A stretch of DNA of 64,000 nt from Felis catus (taxonomy: Eukaryota). The position numbers were made by a program, and so were the translations under genes. Positions within the stretch are counted from its first letter, which is position 1. Every line of letters starts with the position of its first letter. Shown here piece by piece: positions 61,545 to 64,000 of this stretch. The notes below the pieces were generated by a model that saw only the letters and a program-made list of their open reading frames with translations, searched no databases and was not told the origin of the DNA. The stretch covers positions 97,466,001-97,530,000 of the forward strand of contig NC_058368.1 of the NCBI RefSeq assembly GCF_018350175.1. The letters are read 5' to 3'.

Positions 61545-61723
61545 TTTCTTCACTTGTGGAAGAAGGAGAGAAACAGAACAAACGTTTTAGGCCATCAAAA
61601 ATGTCTTGCAGAGAATCTGCCCCACCAACCTCTTCCTCATCACCAGTCAGCCAGGACTTACTGACAGTCAAAGAGAAGTTCATCCCGCCGGAGCTCAGTA
61701 TCTGGGACTATTTCATAGCCAAG
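61545..61723 (+). CDS. DMXL1: DMXL1 exon 29 (179 nt, phase 1->0)
   Basis: tattag|TT TCT TCA; SSLVEEGEKQNKRFRPSKMSCRE...KEKFIPPELSIWDYFIAK; AAG|gtaata. Confidence 0.94.
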
Positions 61724-62092
61724 GTAATAAAAGTGCCACCCAGAACAATACTTATGCAGTGAAATGGAAATGAAAATGTTTAAAATAATTGTAATTGCTG
61801 CTGCTTCCAAGTATTTTCCCACTCTGATTTAGAAAATTTTCATTTTATCAGGCTGCATAACCAAAAAAAAAACACAAAAAAACCAAAAAAACCCTCAAAA
61901 ACATTTGGCCATTTCCAATCAGTTAAGGCAGTTCTTTGATAAGTTATGATTTCTTTATTTTAGACAAAATAGTTCTAGATGGAAAGATAAATTGGTCAGC
62001 ACCTTAATGCTAATGTACTTGATTGTAATTAAGAAATCAAGATTGCTAAGAAGCCACAGGGCCATTCCTGCTGTCATTCCTTTTCTGTCCTA

Positions 62093-63243
62093 CAGACAGT
62101 CCTGCACTGTTCTCATATACACATTATAGTTACTTGGTCCTTCAGTAAGTAACATGAGTCCCTCAACAACATGGCTTAAAGTTTCCACAATATATTAACT
62201 GTGAATAACTGCATAAAGTACAAACCTCCCTGCTGGCTCCTCAGTCCACAGTTCAGTATGGAAATAACACATGTACCTCATGTTCAGTGACCAATCACAA
62301 CAGTTCTTTCAAAGTCTATTGGTGATTAGTACCTGTTAGTTTATATGCAGACAGAAAAGTGTGTTGCTGTCTTGGCTCCCATGATGAACTCAAGTGACAT
62401 TTTCTAAAGTTGCATAATCACAAGAGGGAACTGGCTCACAAAGATGGAAGTGCAACACAACAGTGAAAGGTGGTAGCACTATAAGTGAAATTCAAATCAA
62501 ATATAAATGAAGTTGTGGAAAAAATAGCAAATTGTGGGATCTCTGACATTACTGTCATTCGAGAGACTCTAGTGCAGCCAGAAGACTTAGGGAAGGCTGA
62601 CTTGTCAACACGAATGAGGAAAGTGTGACAAAAAGATGACCATATTCTAGAGATAGTGAAATTGGCAAAAACAAAACAAACAAAAAAAACAATCTTCATG
62701 TTAGAGTAACTCCGGGTAATATTTCACAACGTTGAAGGTGCGAAGAAGAAAATGTTGGAAGCTGATACCAACTTGGAAACAAATATGATGACGATTTGCC
62801 AGTGATTAGAAAAGATGTTTGCTTTGTATCCTAAATTACAGAGTTAGAATGCAGGGACTATTCAGAGTACTCTTGATAAATTTTTTATAAAGACATAAAA
62901 CACTTAATTCTCAATATTTCTAATATTTTAATTACAGTGTTCTAAATAAATATTTTTACTATTTTTTTCATTTCCTTATACATTTATTGCCTACCATAAG
63001 TGTTCTTAATGTTTTGAAAAATATTTTTCATAGTCATAGAATATTTGTAATTTTTCCTTTGTTTAATAAAATTGCCTTGGAGCACCTGGGTGGCTCAGTC
63101 AGTTAGGCATCTGACTTTGGCTCAGGTCATGATCTCAACGTTGTGGGTTGGAGCCCCTCATCAGGCTCTGTGCTGATAGCTCAGAGCCTGGAGTCTGCTT
63201 TGGATTTTGTGTCTCCCTCACTCTCTGCCCCTCCCCCGCTAGT

Positions 63244-63284
<41 letters not shown>

Positions 63285-63417
63285 AATAAACAATAAAAAA
63301 AATGAAGAAACGTCAAAAAAAAGAAAAAAATTTAAAGATTGCCTCATAGTGACTTCAGCTTGCATGGTTGTTTTCACATTCCTGTGCTACCATGCACATG
63401 CAGAAAAGGCCTGAATG
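62093..63417 (+). mobile_element. TcMar-Tigger-like non-autonomous DNA transposon remnant (contains a Can-SINE)
   Basis: TA|CAGACAGTCC ... GGCCTGAATG|TA imperfect termini; decayed acidic transposase-like tail (atttcacaacgttgaa..aaaatgttggaagctga..ccaacttgga); subfamily not assigned. Confidence 0.6.
63079..63330 (+). mobile_element. Can-SINE nested in the Tigger-like element
   Basis: Canonical body, (CT)n, A tail; flanking ATTGCCT repeat. Confidence 0.9.
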
Positions 63418-64000
63418 TATCTTCTCCTTTTCCTACGATCAGCCCGATCCCTAACATTCTCAACTTCCCGATGTTCTTAATATTTTGTTGTATTAATTGA
63501 CACTGAACTATTTCTGGTGACACCAGTCCCTCAGGCACATTAAGCGTTAGCTTTTATTTTTCGTTTATTGTACAATGCGTGGGCTAAAGACAGGTATTCG
63601 TATCTCCTTGTTCCTCATTGCCTTTTACAGAGTCATTCATTCATTCATTCAGCAAATGTTTATTGTTGCTATGGGAATATATATATGTCATCTTCATTTC
63701 TCAAGCACAGTTTGAGTTGATAAAGGATTCTTGATCAGCACGGCCTTCTTTAGCTCTCTGTATTCCTGGACCTTGTTAAATTTCTGGCTGCTCTGCCCTT
63801 GTCCCACTTTATATCATAGCCTCAGGCTAATTGAGATGTTAGCCTTTCCTAGCTATTTGGTAATGAGATCTCTGTCATTTTTGACTGTGCCATTGGGGTG
63901 GGATTTTTTATTAAAGTGTCAGCCCTTCTGGCCATGCAGCAGAGTTCTCAATCCTCAAGGATGCCCTGCTGGCTCCAGTGGACCCCTGTCACACAGAGTG

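Larger units (their letters stand above)
4103..61723 (+). other. DMXL1: DMXL1 gene body (partial; 25 coding exons, provisional exons 5-29; 5' and 3' ends outside window)
   Basis: Spliced translation (e.g. HLMKFSPDGEFFATAGKDDCLLKVWY, LPQYHPLQLLELMDLGKVRRAKAILSHL, WRKAALKNAFSLLGKQRF, KEKFIPPELSIWDYFIAK) matches DMXL1 as I recall it rather than DMXL2. All 24 introns are GT-AG and phases chain correctly over 6956 nt. Confidence 0.97.

Noticed and set aside
4103..61723. Alternative identity as DMXL2 or a pseudogene
   Set aside because: The peptides match DMXL1 as I recall it, all traced introns are intact GT-AG, and the spliced frame is uninterrupted.
1..64000. CRISPR array, prokaryotic operon, snoRNA/miRNA or foreign insert
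   Set aside because: I saw no repeat-spacer periodicity, no compositional break, no convincing C/D or H/ACA structure and no long hairpin. An Infernal/Rfam scan would be needed to exclude small RNAs fully.

Overview
This window is mammalian genomic DNA, almost certainly from a cat-family (feliform) carnivore: it carries 27 feliform-type Can-SINEs and several carnivore L1 3' ends. The whole window lies inside the DMXL1 gene (DmX-like 1, the WD40/RAVE-type V-ATPase assembly factor) on the + strand. I traced 25 consecutive GT-AG coding exons from 4103 to 61723, provisionally exons 5-29 by analogy to the human gene. They total 6956 nt, join in frame with matching phases, and contain no stop codon. 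The gene start and end lie outside the window. The introns hold Can-SINEs, young and old L1 fragments, L2/MIR, MER5/MER33/MER58 hAT elements, nested MLT1/MLT2 LTRs and a Tigger-like element. I found no RNA gene, CRISPR array or evidence of a wholly new biological system. The best leads concern splicing: an in-frame 114-nt cassette exon with a GC donor in a repeat-free, ACUAAY-rich part of intron 28; several candidate poison or micro exons; a tandem donor that would create a stop; a recursive-splice motif; and inverted young SINE pairs flanking exon blocks. Exon boundaries were read by hand. Repeat boundaries are approximate and subfamily names come from recalled consensus features, not a database search.
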